This document shows positions 26,120 through 35,580 of a DNA stretch of 64,000 bases, one piece after another; the stretch's first letter is position 1; each line of letters opens with the position of its first letter. The DNA is from Acidobacteriota bacterium. Its GTDB lineage: Bacteria > Acidobacteriota > UBA6911 > RPQK01 > JAJDTT01. The notes under the pieces were generated by a model. It was given only the letters and a program-made list of their open reading frames with translations. It did not search any database and was not told the DNA's origin. The stretch spans positions 608,001-672,000 of the forward strand of contig CBDCJH010000002.1 of the NCBI GenBank assembly GCA_965217775.1, in the 5' to 3' direction. A program made the translations under genes and the position numbers.

Positions 26120-27810
26120 GTTCCGCCCTGGTCCAAGCTCCCCACAGCGTGCTCTATGACGTGGCGGTGGTCGGGTCCGGCGCCACCGGAGGCTGGGCGG
26201 CCAAGGTCCTCTCGGAGGCTGGCCTGAAGGTGGTCCTGCTGGAGGCCGGCCGCAAGGTTTCTCCCCGGGAATTCACCGAACACATGCCCGCCTACAAGCT
26301 GGAATACCGGACCCACTCGCCGGAACTGGTTCGGACGCGTCCCATCCAGAAAGCCTGCTACGCCTGCACCGAGTACAACTACGACTGGTTCGTCAACGAT
26401 CTGGAGAATCCGTACACCACTCCGAAGGACAAGCCCTTCAGTTGGCAGCGGCTTCGTATCGTCGGAGGCAGGAGCATGGTCTGGGGGCGCCAGAGCTATC
26501 GTCTCAGCGATCTGGACCTGAAGGCGGCCAGCCACGACGGTTACGGCGACGACTGGCCCGTTTCGTATCGGGATCTGGTGCCCTACTACGACCGGGTCGA
26601 GAAGTACGTCGGCATCAGCGGACAGGCGGAGGGAAAGCCGCAGCTGCCCGACGGGCAGTTTCTGCCCCCCATGTCCATGACCTGCGGAGAACGCCTGCTC
26701 CGGAGCCGGGCGCGGGAAAAATTCGGCCGCACCCTGACCATCGGACGTACCGCCGTCCTGACCCGGCCGCTCAACGGGCGCGCGGCCTGCCACTATTGCG
26801 GTCCCTGCGAACGGGGCTGCGTGACCGCTTCCTATTTCAACAGTCCGGCCACCACCGTGGCCGACGCCTTGAGGAGCGGCAACTGCACGCTCCTCACCGA
26901 CGCCATCGTCAACCAGGTGGATATGGACCCGTCCCGCAACCGGGCCCGGGGAGTCACCTACGTCCACCGTCACCGGCGCCGGACCTACCAGGTTCGCAGC
27001 CGGGCGGTGATTCTATGTGCCCAGGCCTTGGAATCGACCCGGATCCTCTTCAACTCGGCGACTCGGGACCACCCCGACGGTCTCGGCAATTCCAGCGGAC
27101 TCCTGGGGAAGTACCTCATGGACCATGTGGTGGGCGCCGGCGCGGCGGGTGAGCTGCCTCAGTTCCCGGTCCGGAAGCGGGCGTCGGACCCGCGGCGCCC
27201 CAACGGGATCTATATGATCCGGTTCCGCAATCTGGCGGGCGGGAAGAGGCACCCCCGGTTCATCCGAGGCTACGGCTTCCAGGGGGGCAGCTCACCCAGC
27301 TTCCGGTTCGATGCGGAAGGCTTCGGGGCGTCCTACAAGGCGGCGGTCAAGGAGGGCTTCTACATGATCCGGCTGAGTGGGTTCGGAGAATCCCTGGCCC
27401 GGCTGGACAACTACTGCGAGATCGACCCGCAGAAGAAGGACGCCTGGGGGATCCCGGCCCTCAAGATTCAGATGACCCACGGTCCCAACGAGGCGGCAAT
27501 GATGGAGGACGCGGCCGCAACGGCCGCCGAATTGCTGGAGTCGACCGGGGCTCGCAACATCAAGGTCAATGCCCGGACGGCGACTCCGGGCATGGCAATT
27601 CACGAAGTGGGGACGGCCCGGATGGGGCACGAACCGGCCAAGTCGGTGCTGAATCCCTACAATCAGTGCCACGATGTCGACAACCTGCTGGTCACCGATG
27701 GATCCTGTTTCGTGAGCGCCGGTTGCCAGAATCCCACCCTGACCATGATGGCCCTCACGGTCCGGGCCTGCGATCATCTGTTGGAACGGTTCCGCAGAGA
27801 CGAAGTCTGA
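26116..27810 (+). CDS. GMC family FAD oxidoreductase (glucoside 3-dehydrogenase-like)
   Basis: VVGSGATGG, GGRSMVWG, CHYCGPCERGC, HEVGTARMG and NPTLT motifs; GTGA overlap with the upstream gene. Confidence 0.9.
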   Translation: MSSALVQAPHSVLYDVAVVGSGATGGWAAKVLSEAGLKVVLLEAGRKVSPREFTEHMPAYKLEYRTHSPELVRTRPIQKACYACTEYNYDWFVNDLENPYTTPKDKPFSWQRLRIVGGRSMVWGRQSYRLSDLDLKAASHDGYGDDWPVSYRDLVPYYDRVEKYVGISGQAEGKPQLPDGQFLPPMSMTCGERLLRSRAREKFGRTLTIGRTAVLTRPLNGRAACHYCGPCERGCVTASYFNSPATTVADALRSGNCTLLTDAIVNQVDMDPSRNRARGVTYVHRHRRRTYQVRSRAVILCAQALESTRILFNSATRDHPDGLGNSSGLLGKYLMDHVVGAGAAGELPQFPVRKRASDPRRPNGIYMIRFRNLAGGKRHPRFIRGYGFQGGSSPSFRFDAEGFGASYKAAVKEGFYMIRLSGFGESLARLDNYCEIDPQKKDAWGIPALKIQMTHGPNEAAMMEDAAATAAELLESTGARNIKVNARTATPGMAIHEVGTARMGHEPAKSVLNPYNQCHDVDNLLVTDGSCFVSAGCQNPTLTMMALTVRACDHLLERFRRDEV

Positions 27811-27842
27811 AACCCGGCCTACGTTAGTTTCCCGCTTTCGGA

Positions 27843-28934
27843 TCAGGAGGTCAGTGAGACGCGGATGGCCTTGCCTTCGTCGGCCAGGGCGAAGGCCTCG
27901 TTGAGTTCCGTCAGGGGGAAAGTGTGGGAGATGATCTGCTCGAAGGGGTAGGCGTGCCCCCGGCGGGCCAGAAAGTCCAGGGCGCGGGGCAGTGCCCAGG
28001 GGGCATACGCGATGATCCCGCGGAGCGTGTGTCCGGACCGGACATTTAGGGCCGGGTCCAGGGCGGCGGTCCTCCCCGGAGCGATATTGCCCACCCAAAG
28101 ATATCGTCCGAACTGGCGGAGCAGGTGCACGCCCTCCTCCACCGGTAGCGGTGAGCCGACGAATTCGGCGACCACGTCGGCGCCGTCGCCGCGAGTCAGG
28201 TCCATGATCATCTCTCGACGGGTCTTCCGGTTCACGGTATCGATGTTGACCGTGAGGTCGGCGCCGAAGGAGCGGGCCAGCTCCAGCCGGCTCTCCAGCC
28301 GGTCGAAGACGATGACCTGACCGGCGCCCATCTCCTTGGCGAGGGCGCAGGCGTACAGTCCCAGACCCCCTGCGCCTTGGACCACGATCGTGTCGCCCAG
28401 GCGGATCCCGATCTGGTCCAGACCGTAGAGCACCTGGCAGAGGGCGCAATTGACCGGCGAGACCTCGGAGTCGCTCAATCCGGGAGGGATCTTGCACACC
28501 GTCTGTCCCCGGCGCAGGTAGTAATATTCGCCGTAGGCCCCTCTGAAGTGAGGCGATTTCCCGGCATCCTGGAACCAGTGGAAGGACCGGTTGGGGCAGG
28601 CGGGCGATCCGTCCATGCAGGCCGCGCAACTGCCGCATGGGAGGAAGTAGGTGTAGGCGATGCGATCGCCTTCCTCGAGCGGTTGCCCCAGCACGTCGGT
28701 CTTCACCCGGCGACCGAGGCGAAAGACTTCTCCCACCATCTCATGCCCCGGGACGAAGCCCTCCCCCTGGGTGATCTCGGGACCATGACCGTGCCAGATG
28801 TGCAGATCCGAACCGCAGATGTTGGAGCGGCGGACGCGGACCAGAATGTCGTCGGGACCCACGTCGGGAAGAGGGAATTCCCGGAATACCATCTCCTTCC
28901 GGGGGCCCAGCGAGACGGCGACGACTCCTTGCAT
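27843..28934 (-). CDS. Zinc-dependent alcohol dehydrogenase (MDR family)
   Basis: ICGSD, GHE, CGSCAAC...C and GAGGLG motifs. Confidence 0.9.
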   Translation of the reverse strand: MQGVVAVSLGPRKEMVFREFPLPDVGPDDILVRVRRSNICGSDLHIWHGHGPEITQGEGFVPGHEMVGEVFRLGRRVKTDVLGQPLEEGDRIAYTYFLPCGSCAACMDGSPACPNRSFHWFQDAGKSPHFRGAYGEYYYLRRGQTVCKIPPGLSDSEVSPVNCALCQVLYGLDQIGIRLGDTIVVQGAGGLGLYACALAKEMGAGQVIVFDRLESRLELARSFGADLTVNIDTVNRKTRREMIMDLTRGDGADVVAEFVGSPLPVEEGVHLLRQFGRYLWVGNIAPGRTAALDPALNVRSGHTLRGIIAYAPWALPRALDFLARRGHAYPFEQIISHTFPLTELNEAFALADEGKAIRVSLTS

Positions 28935-28956
28935 CGTTTGTCCTCCGGGCGCCCTG

Positions 28957-29910
28957 CTACGGGATGGCGAAGGCCCGGGGGGCGATTTGACGATCATGCG
29001 ACATGCGTTCGAGCTTCATCTCCCAGTGGCCCACGAATCCGGTGTTGGCGTCGACGTTGAGAGTGATCTGGTAGAGATGCGGCAAGGTCAGTCCGTCGAC
29101 CTCCTTGAAATCCGAGAACCTTTCCGTCAGTTCGACGGTGCTTCGGTTTGTGGGGTCGTCCCCCGCTCCCGGGCCTCCGATCTGCCCCAACAGACTGCCT
29201 CGATCATTGGATACGGTGCGGTTTCCGGGAGTGATTCCCCCGCCGGCGCCCACCGGGGCTCCTCCTCCGCTTGAAATGTTGGTCAGGCCTCGGCTGGCAC
29301 TGCGGGGCACGACGATCCGATATTTGCTGGCCACGTGGCGGTAGGTCTCAGGCTCGAAATAGAGCCGGACCCGGTAGGAGACCTTCTTCTTGGGCTTGTA
29401 ATCGACTTCGTGAAGCCTTCGGCCCTCGAATTTCTTGAGTCCCCGGTAGCGGATCTTGGCTCGCTTTTTCCTGAGGTTGAGCAGTGCCCAGTCGGTGGAG
29501 AGGACGCCCGCGTAGAGTCCTTCCTGGGCCAGCCGGGGAAAGTTTTCCCAGATGGTCGTCCCGAGTTGGGAGCGGACTCCTGGAGTGATGTAGGCGATAT
29601 CGAGTCGGTCGCCGTTTCGGATGAGGGTTTCCCGGGGGTACTGGACGTGACCGAAGGTGAGCGTGGTCCGAAGCTTGTCCCCCTCCGCCAAGAGCATGGC
29701 CCGGCCGTTCAGATTGCCCTGGCCGCCCACCCGGATGTCCATGGAACCCGATCCCTGGGCGACCCGATTCTTCCGAACCAAGTTCTCGCCGATGGCTTTC
29801 AGATGGAGGGCGATCAGCTCCTCTTTCTTCAATTTCTTGGCCGTTGCATCCGCTGCCGAGATCGGCAACAACAGGGCGGAGAGAGCGATCCGGAATCCCC
29901 ACTTAGGCAT
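28957..29910 (-). CDS. Secreted hypothetical protein, paralog 1 of a tandem triplet
   Basis: Signal peptide; shares LHLKAIGENL, LYAGVLSTDW, YFEPETYRHVAS and FSDFKEVDGL with its two neighbours. Confidence 0.8.
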   Translation of the reverse strand: MPKWGFRIALSALLLPISAADATAKKLKKEELIALHLKAIGENLVRKNRVAQGSGSMDIRVGGQGNLNGRAMLLAEGDKLRTTLTFGHVQYPRETLIRNGDRLDIAYITPGVRSQLGTTIWENFPRLAQEGLYAGVLSTDWALLNLRKKRAKIRYRGLKKFEGRRLHEVDYKPKKKVSYRVRLYFEPETYRHVASKYRIVVPRSASRGLTNISSGGGAPVGAGGGITPGNRTVSNDRGSLLGQIGGPGAGDDPTNRSTVELTERFSDFKEVDGLTLPHLYQITLNVDANTGFVGHWEMKLERMSHDRQIAPRAFAIP

Positions 29911-29992
29911 GATTCACCTCGTCGTCATTCGGCCCTAACCCAGTCCGGAACTTTACGCAGCGCCACTATTTCCCCGGCTCGATTCCTGATGC

Positions 29993-30865
29993 TTATTTGA
30001 TCGCGAAGGCTCGGGCGGCGATCCTCTGATCGTGCATCATGCGGTCGATCTTGATGTCCCAATGTCCCACGAAACCACCGATCGCAGAGGTGTTGAGTGC
30101 AATCCTGTAGTGATGCGGCAGGTTCAGTCCATCGACTTCCTTGAAGTCCGAAAAGGTCTCCGTCAAGGTGATTCGAATCTTGTCTGCGGGCCCGGAACCG
30201 GCTCCAAACGCTCCTCCACGAATGTCTACGAGTCCCCGCCCCATGCCGGCCGGCAAAGTCAACCGGTACCTGCTCGCCACATGACGATAGGTTTCAGGTT
30301 CGAAGTAGATCCGAATCCTGTAGTTGACTCCCTTCTTCGGCCGGTACTCCAATCTGTGAAGCCTCCGGCCCTCGAACTTCTTGAGTCCCTGGTAACGGAC
30401 CTTGGCCCGTCTCTTTCGCAGGTCCAATAACGTCCAGTCAGTGGAGAGGACGCCTCCGTAGAGCCCCTCTTGGGCCAAGCGGGGGAAGAAGTCCCACAGC
30501 GTACCCCCCAGCCGGGAGCGGGCGCCCGGACTGACGTAGGCAATATCCAGCTTCTCCCCGTTGCGGATGAGGGTCTCCCGAGTGTATTGCGGGTGGCCGA
30601 AATTGATTTCGGTCCGGAGTTTTTTCCCCTCTGCCAAGAGCATGGCCGGGCCGACCATCTTGGCTTTGTTTCCCACCCGGATGTCCACGGTGCCCAAACC
30701 CTGAGCGACCCGATTCTTCCGGACCAGGTTTTCGCCGATGGCCTGCAGATGGAGAGCGACCAGTGTATCGGCCTTCATCTTCTTGGCCGACCCGTCCACC
30801 GTCGCGCAGAGCAACACCACCGCAGCCAGTGCGGCCCAACTGACCCTCTCTTTAATACTCATCAA
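29993..30865 (-). CDS. Secreted hypothetical protein, paralog 2
   Basis: Same conserved blocks as its neighbours. Confidence 0.8.
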   Translation of the reverse strand: MMSIKERVSWAALAAVVLLCATVDGSAKKMKADTLVALHLQAIGENLVRKNRVAQGLGTVDIRVGNKAKMVGPAMLLAEGKKLRTEINFGHPQYTRETLIRNGEKLDIAYVSPGARSRLGGTLWDFFPRLAQEGLYGGVLSTDWTLLDLRKRRAKVRYQGLKKFEGRRLHRLEYRPKKGVNYRIRIYFEPETYRHVASRYRLTLPAGMGRGLVDIRGGAFGAGSGPADKIRITLTETFSDFKEVDGLNLPHHYRIALNTSAIGGFVGHWDIKIDRMMHDQRIAARAFAIK

Positions 30866-30943
30866 TCATTCCGGGGCGAACAGGCACGAACCACGTCCCG
30901 AAGCCTCCGAGGAGTGCCCCTTCCTTCGAATTGATTCGGGGAT

Positions 30944-31876
30944 CTACTTGATGGCGAAGGCCTTGGCGGCGATCTTACGATCGTGCGACATGCGGTCGAT
31001 CTTGATCTCCCAGTGTCCTACGAAAGAGTCGGCGGCATCGAAGTTCAGAGTGATCTTGTAGTGAAACGGCAGAGTCAGACCGTCGACTTCCTTGAAGTCC
31101 GAGAACCTCTCGCTCAGGTTGATGTAGCTTCGGGACCCCGGACCGGTCTGGGTTCCGATCTCACGTCGACTCCCGCCAGGTGACTGACCTGAGCCAGCAC
31201 CGGGCCCCGGACCGCCTGCTCCAATTGGGCCAGCTCCTCCAATGTCGACCAGCCCCCGCCCCATCCCGTCTGGGACGACCAGCCTGTAGTGGCTGGCCAC
31301 GTGACGGTAGGTCTCGGGTTCGAAGTAGAGCCGGATCTTGTAGTCCACCCCCCTCTTGGGCCTGTACTCCAGCTCGTGGTACTTTTTCCCCTCGAACTTC
31401 TTGAGACCCCGGTAGCGGACCTTGGCCCGCCTCTTCCTCAGGTCCAGCAGCGCCCAGTCGGTGGAGAGAACGCCTCCGTAGAGTCCTTCTTGAGCCAGAC
31501 GCGGGAAGTCGTTCCAGATCGACCTCCCCAGTTGGGAGCGGATGCCCGGACTGATGTAGGCGATATCCACCTTGTCCCCGTTTCGGATGAGGAGTTCCCG
31601 AGGGTATTGGGTATGGCCGAAACGGAAGTCGGTCCGGAGCTTGTCCCCCTCCGCCAAGAGCATTGCGGGCCCGCCGAGCTTGCCTTGCCCTCCGACCCGG
31701 ATGTCCATAGTGCCCAAACCCTGGGCAACCCGGTTCTTTCGGGCCAGATTTTCGCCGATGGCCTTCAGATGAAGCGTAACGAGTTGGTCCGCCTTCATCT
31801 TCCTGGCCGGGACATCCACCGTCGTTAGAAGAAACGCCACGGCGGCGGAAACGATCAGGGACATCGATCTTTTCAT
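30944..31876 (-). CDS. Secreted hypothetical protein, paralog 3
   Basis: Same conserved blocks as its neighbours. Confidence 0.8.
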   Translation of the reverse strand: MKRSMSLIVSAAVAFLLTTVDVPARKMKADQLVTLHLKAIGENLARKNRVAQGLGTMDIRVGGQGKLGGPAMLLAEGDKLRTDFRFGHTQYPRELLIRNGDKVDIAYISPGIRSQLGRSIWNDFPRLAQEGLYGGVLSTDWALLDLRKRRAKVRYRGLKKFEGKKYHELEYRPKRGVDYKIRLYFEPETYRHVASHYRLVVPDGMGRGLVDIGGAGPIGAGGPGPGAGSGQSPGGSRREIGTQTGPGSRSYINLSERFSDFKEVDGLTLPFHYKITLNFDAADSFVGHWEIKIDRMSHDRKIAAKAFAIK

Positions 31877-31968
31877 GTTTTACCCCTTATTGAAGGACCC
31901 CCCGCTCTCGGTGCGACACGGGACTATTGCCCAAGAACGAACGGGCAAAAAAAAGCATGAACTGATGG

Positions 31969-32805
31969 TCATCTTTGCTTAATCGAGCCTTCCAGGTCAA
32001 GTCGGCGGTGGCTCAGGGCAGGGAGTTCCCGCCGAATGGTTTCCTGCCGCCGGGCATCCAGCCGGGCCAGGATCACGCCTTCACCGTCGGGGGCTACGGC
32101 CTGGGGGACGCCCCAGGGATCGATGACTGCAGAGCGTCCGCAGGTGGCGAATCCGGGCGTGTGCTGACCGTACTGATTGGGTGCGATGACGTAGGTTTGG
32201 TTCTCGATGGCGCGGCTTCGCAACAGCACCTCCCAGTGGTCCCGGCCCGTCGGCAGAGAGAAGGCCGAAGGGACCAGCAGAATGCGGCAGCCCTGGCGGA
32301 CCAGTTGCCGGTAGAGTTCAGGGAAGCGCAGGTCGTAACAGATGGACAGGCCCAGTCGGCCGTGGTCCGTCTCGGCGGAGACGACGTCCCGTCCGGGGGC
32401 GATCCAGCTCGATTCCTGATAGGTCACCCGCCCGGGCAGGTTCACGTCGAAGAGGTGGATCTTGCGGTAACGGGCCAAGAGAGTTCCCGAGCGGTCGAAC
32501 AGGAGACTGGTGTTGAAGACCCGGTCCCGGCCCTCGGCCCGCTCGCAGAGGCTGCCGGCCAGCAGCGTGATCCGAAGACGGCGGGCCAGATCACTCATCC
32601 TCCGGCTGGTGGGACCCGGAACCGGCTCGGCGGCCTGGACCACCTTTTCCTTGCGGCCCAGACAGTTGAAGAGTTCGGGCAGCGCCACCAGCCGGGCTCC
32701 CCGCTCGGCCGCCTCCCGGACCAGCCGCTCGGCGGCCGTCAGATTGCGCTCCTTGTCCTCTCCCGAGGTCATCTGAACCGCCGCTGCCCAATAGGAGTCG
32801 CCCAT
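31969..32805 (-). CDS. Carbon-nitrogen hydrolase (Nit1 / deaminated glutathione amidase-like)
   Basis: LPE, YRKIHLFD, ICYDLRFPE and RAIENQ motifs. Confidence 0.9.
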   Translation of the reverse strand: MGDSYWAAAVQMTSGEDKERNLTAAERLVREAAERGARLVALPELFNCLGRKEKVVQAAEPVPGPTSRRMSDLARRLRITLLAGSLCERAEGRDRVFNTSLLFDRSGTLLARYRKIHLFDVNLPGRVTYQESSWIAPGRDVVSAETDHGRLGLSICYDLRFPELYRQLVRQGCRILLVPSAFSLPTGRDHWEVLLRSRAIENQTYVIAPNQYGQHTPGFATCGRSAVIDPWGVPQAVAPDGEGVILARLDARRQETIRRELPALSHRRLDLEGSIKQR

Positions 32806-32909
32806 GCCTGCTCCGTTCCGAGACTGGTATGATTTTACAGATTTTGCGCTGGACTGCGCCGCCCGCGGCCGCGTACACGATCCTGTTCCCAGTCCGGAGA
32901 GTTCAGTCT

Positions 32910-35537
32910 ATGGAACCCGAGAGACTCGATATCGACCGTTGCGGGACAGCACGATCCCGAAGGTTATTGGTTTGTCTGGCAGGGCTTCTGCTGCTGCCGG
33001 GGTTCTCTCTTCTGCTGGCCGCGACGCCGCCGGAGTTGGAAGAGGACCAGGGACTGACCGGCTTCGGCCTGGCGTTGCGGCGTCTCCCGACCACGGGTTC
33101 GCTCCTCTACATCACCGCCCACCCCGATGACGAAAACAATGCCGTCCTGGCCAAGGTGAGCCGGGGGCTCGGGATTCGTACTGCGCTTTTGAGCCTCACC
33201 CGGGGCGACGGGGGACAGAACGAGATCGGTCCGGAACTGTTCGAAGCCCTGGGAGTGCTCCGGACCCAGGAACTCATGCGCGTGCATCGCTTCGACGGCG
33301 CCAGGCAATACTTCACACGGGCTTATGAGTTCGGCTACTCCTTCAGCGTCGAGGAGACCCTGGAGCGCTGGGGCGAGGAGGTGCTGCGGGACGTGGTCCG
33401 GGTGATCCGGGAGTTTCGGCCGGATGTGATCCTGACCCTCAACCCCCGCGGTGCGGGTGGAGGACAACATCATCAGGCCTCGGCGCGATTGGCCGCGAAG
33501 GCCTTCGAACTGGCCGCGGACCCCTCTCGTTTCCCGGAGCAGCTCGAGGAGGGCCTCCGGACCTGGCGGTCCTCCCGGCTCTTTCAGGCGCCGGGCGTGG
33601 GATGGGCCTGGGGAGACGGGCGCTCTGCCCCGGGTCGCGCAGCCGCCATCGAGGTGGGCGACTACGACCCGCTGTTGGGAGAATCCTACGCCGAGTTTGG
33701 AGCCCGGGCCCGGAGCAGCCACCGTTGCCAGGGGATGAACATTTTGCCCGAGCCGGGATCGCGGACGGCTTACTACCGGCTGGTCAAGGGCAATACGGAG
33801 TTGAAGGACGGGACCGGTTTCTTCGGAGGCCTCGATATCTCATTGGGAAGAGTGGCCCGGCATGACCCGGATTTGGCCGGCGGCTTGGAGAGCCTCCGGC
33901 GGCTGATCCGGCAGATCCGCGACGACTACGCCGAGTCTCGCCTCGAGCAGTCAGCCGCCGGCGTCATGCGAGGCTTGGCGCTGGTCCGGAATTTGGCGGC
34001 CCTAACCGGCAATGCCGAGGCTCGATTTCTTCTTCGCGCAAAGGAGCAGGACTTTCTTGCGGCCGCCGGCAAGGGGAACTTCATCTACCTGGACGCACTG
34101 GTCCGGCAGAGCCGGGACGGACGCGTCAATCCGGGTGAGGAGGTCTCGGTCCAGGTCCGCTTTCTGAGCCGTTCCGGGAATCCGGTTGGCCTGCGCTCGG
34201 TGCAGTTGTCGGGCGCTGGAGACTGGAACGTCCGGAGCCTGGGCCGATCCGGCCACACCAGCGAGTTCCGGGTCACGGTCCCGGCCGAAGCCGGCTACAC
34301 GCAGCCGTACTGGTTTCGGGGCGATTCGAAAATCGATCTCTTTTCGGTCCGCGAGGGCTTCAGCGGAGTGAAGGCGGTGAGTCCACCGGCCCTGAAGGCC
34401 CGGGTCACGTACGCCGTGGACGAGATCGAAGCCGCCCTGGAGGTTCCGGTCCGGTACCGCTGGTTCGATCCGGTGATCGGTGGCGAGCGGCGAAGGGAAC
34501 TTCAGGTGGTGCCGGAAGTGACTCTGGTCCTGGAACCGGAGGTCCGGATCTTCGTGCCGGGTGCCGCACAGGAGAAGGTCTTCCACGTCCGAGTGGAAAA
34601 CGAGCGCGCGGGGAGCCTCGAAACGCGAGTCGAGCTGCTGGCGCCGGAGGACTGGCGGGTGCATCCTCGAACTCGCGATCTGTCGTTCCGGCGGGAGGGG
34701 GAAACCGCGGCCGTCACGTTTGAAGTGGAACCTCCGCAGGATCTCGAGCCGGGCAGCTACCGGCTCGAGGCCCGGGCGAGAGTCGGAGCCAGGACCTATT
34801 CCCAGGGCTACCGGTCCATCGACTACCACCACGTCGAGACCCGGCACCTCTATCGGCGAGCCCGGTCGCTGGTCCAGGTGTTCGACGTGAAGGTGGCCCC
34901 GGTGCGGGTCGGCTATGTGATGGGAGTCGGAGACCAGGTCCCTGCCTCCATCGAGGACCTGGGATTGGATCTCTCCTATCTGGACGCCTCCGATCTGGCC
35001 GAGGGTGACCTGTTCCGTTTCGACGTCATCGTAACCGGAGTCCGGGCTTACCTGAATCGAGTGGATCTGAGATCCAACAACCATCGGCTTCTGGAATACG
35101 TGCGCCGGGGAGGGCATTTGCTGGTCCAGTACAACAAGTACGAGTTCAACCGGGAGCAGTACGGCCCCTATCCGGCCCGCATTCACCGTCCCCACGACCG
35201 GGTCACCGACGAGACGTCACCGGTGCGCGTTCTGGAGCCCGATCATCCCGTCCTGAACTGGCCGAATACCATCACCGATGCCGATTGGGAGGGATGGGTC
35301 CAGGAACGGGGTCTCTACTTCCTCGGAGAATGGGATCCTGACTACCGGCCGCTACTGGAGCTGCAGGATCCTTTCCCCTACAACCCGGAGGTCAAACGGG
35401 GAGCCTTGGTCGTCGCCACCTACGGGGAGGGCACCTACGTCTACACGGGCCTGGGATTCTTCAGGCAACTCCCCGCCGGCGTCCCGGGCGCCTTCCGGCT
35501 CTGGGCCAATCTGCTCTCCCTTGGCAAGTCTCCGTGA
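32910..35537 (+). CDS. PIG-L/LmbE family deacetylase with NEW3-like and C-terminal domains
   Basis: AHPDDE, TRGDGGQN, R-QEL and GQHH motifs; C-terminal W-GWVQERG and FFRQLPAGVPGA. Confidence 0.85.
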   Translation: MEPERLDIDRCGTARSRRLLVCLAGLLLLPGFSLLLAATPPELEEDQGLTGFGLALRRLPTTGSLLYITAHPDDENNAVLAKVSRGLGIRTALLSLTRGDGGQNEIGPELFEALGVLRTQELMRVHRFDGARQYFTRAYEFGYSFSVEETLERWGEEVLRDVVRVIREFRPDVILTLNPRGAGGGQHHQASARLAAKAFELAADPSRFPEQLEEGLRTWRSSRLFQAPGVGWAWGDGRSAPGRAAAIEVGDYDPLLGESYAEFGARARSSHRCQGMNILPEPGSRTAYYRLVKGNTELKDGTGFFGGLDISLGRVARHDPDLAGGLESLRRLIRQIRDDYAESRLEQSAAGVMRGLALVRNLAALTGNAEARFLLRAKEQDFLAAAGKGNFIYLDALVRQSRDGRVNPGEEVSVQVRFLSRSGNPVGLRSVQLSGAGDWNVRSLGRSGHTSEFRVTVPAEAGYTQPYWFRGDSKIDLFSVREGFSGVKAVSPPALKARVTYAVDEIEAALEVPVRYRWFDPVIGGERRRELQVVPEVTLVLEPEVRIFVPGAAQEKVFHVRVENERAGSLETRVELLAPEDWRVHPRTRDLSFRREGETAAVTFEVEPPQDLEPGSYRLEARARVGARTYSQGYRSIDYHHVETRHLYRRARSLVQVFDVKVAPVRVGYVMGVGDQVPASIEDLGLDLSYLDASDLAEGDLFRFDVIVTGVRAYLNRVDLRSNNHRLLEYVRRGGHLLVQYNKYEFNREQYGPYPARIHRPHDRVTDETSPVRVLEPDHPVLNWPNTITDADWEGWVQERGLYFLGEWDPDYRPLLELQDPFPYNPEVKRGALVVATYGEGTYVYTGLGFFRQLPAGVPGAFRLWANLLSLGKSP

Positions 35538-35580
35538 CGCCTCTTCTTCTCTCTTTCCTCTTTCCTCGTAGAATGATCCA

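Noticed and set aside
28957-31876. Diversity-generating retroelement or shufflon behind the paralog triplet
   Set aside because: No reverse transcriptase or recombinase is present, differences are not adenine-specific, and each copy is a complete gene with its own signal peptide.
35538-35570. Polypyrimidine tract upstream of ychF
   Set aside because: A short low-complexity spacer with no hairpin or recognisable motif.
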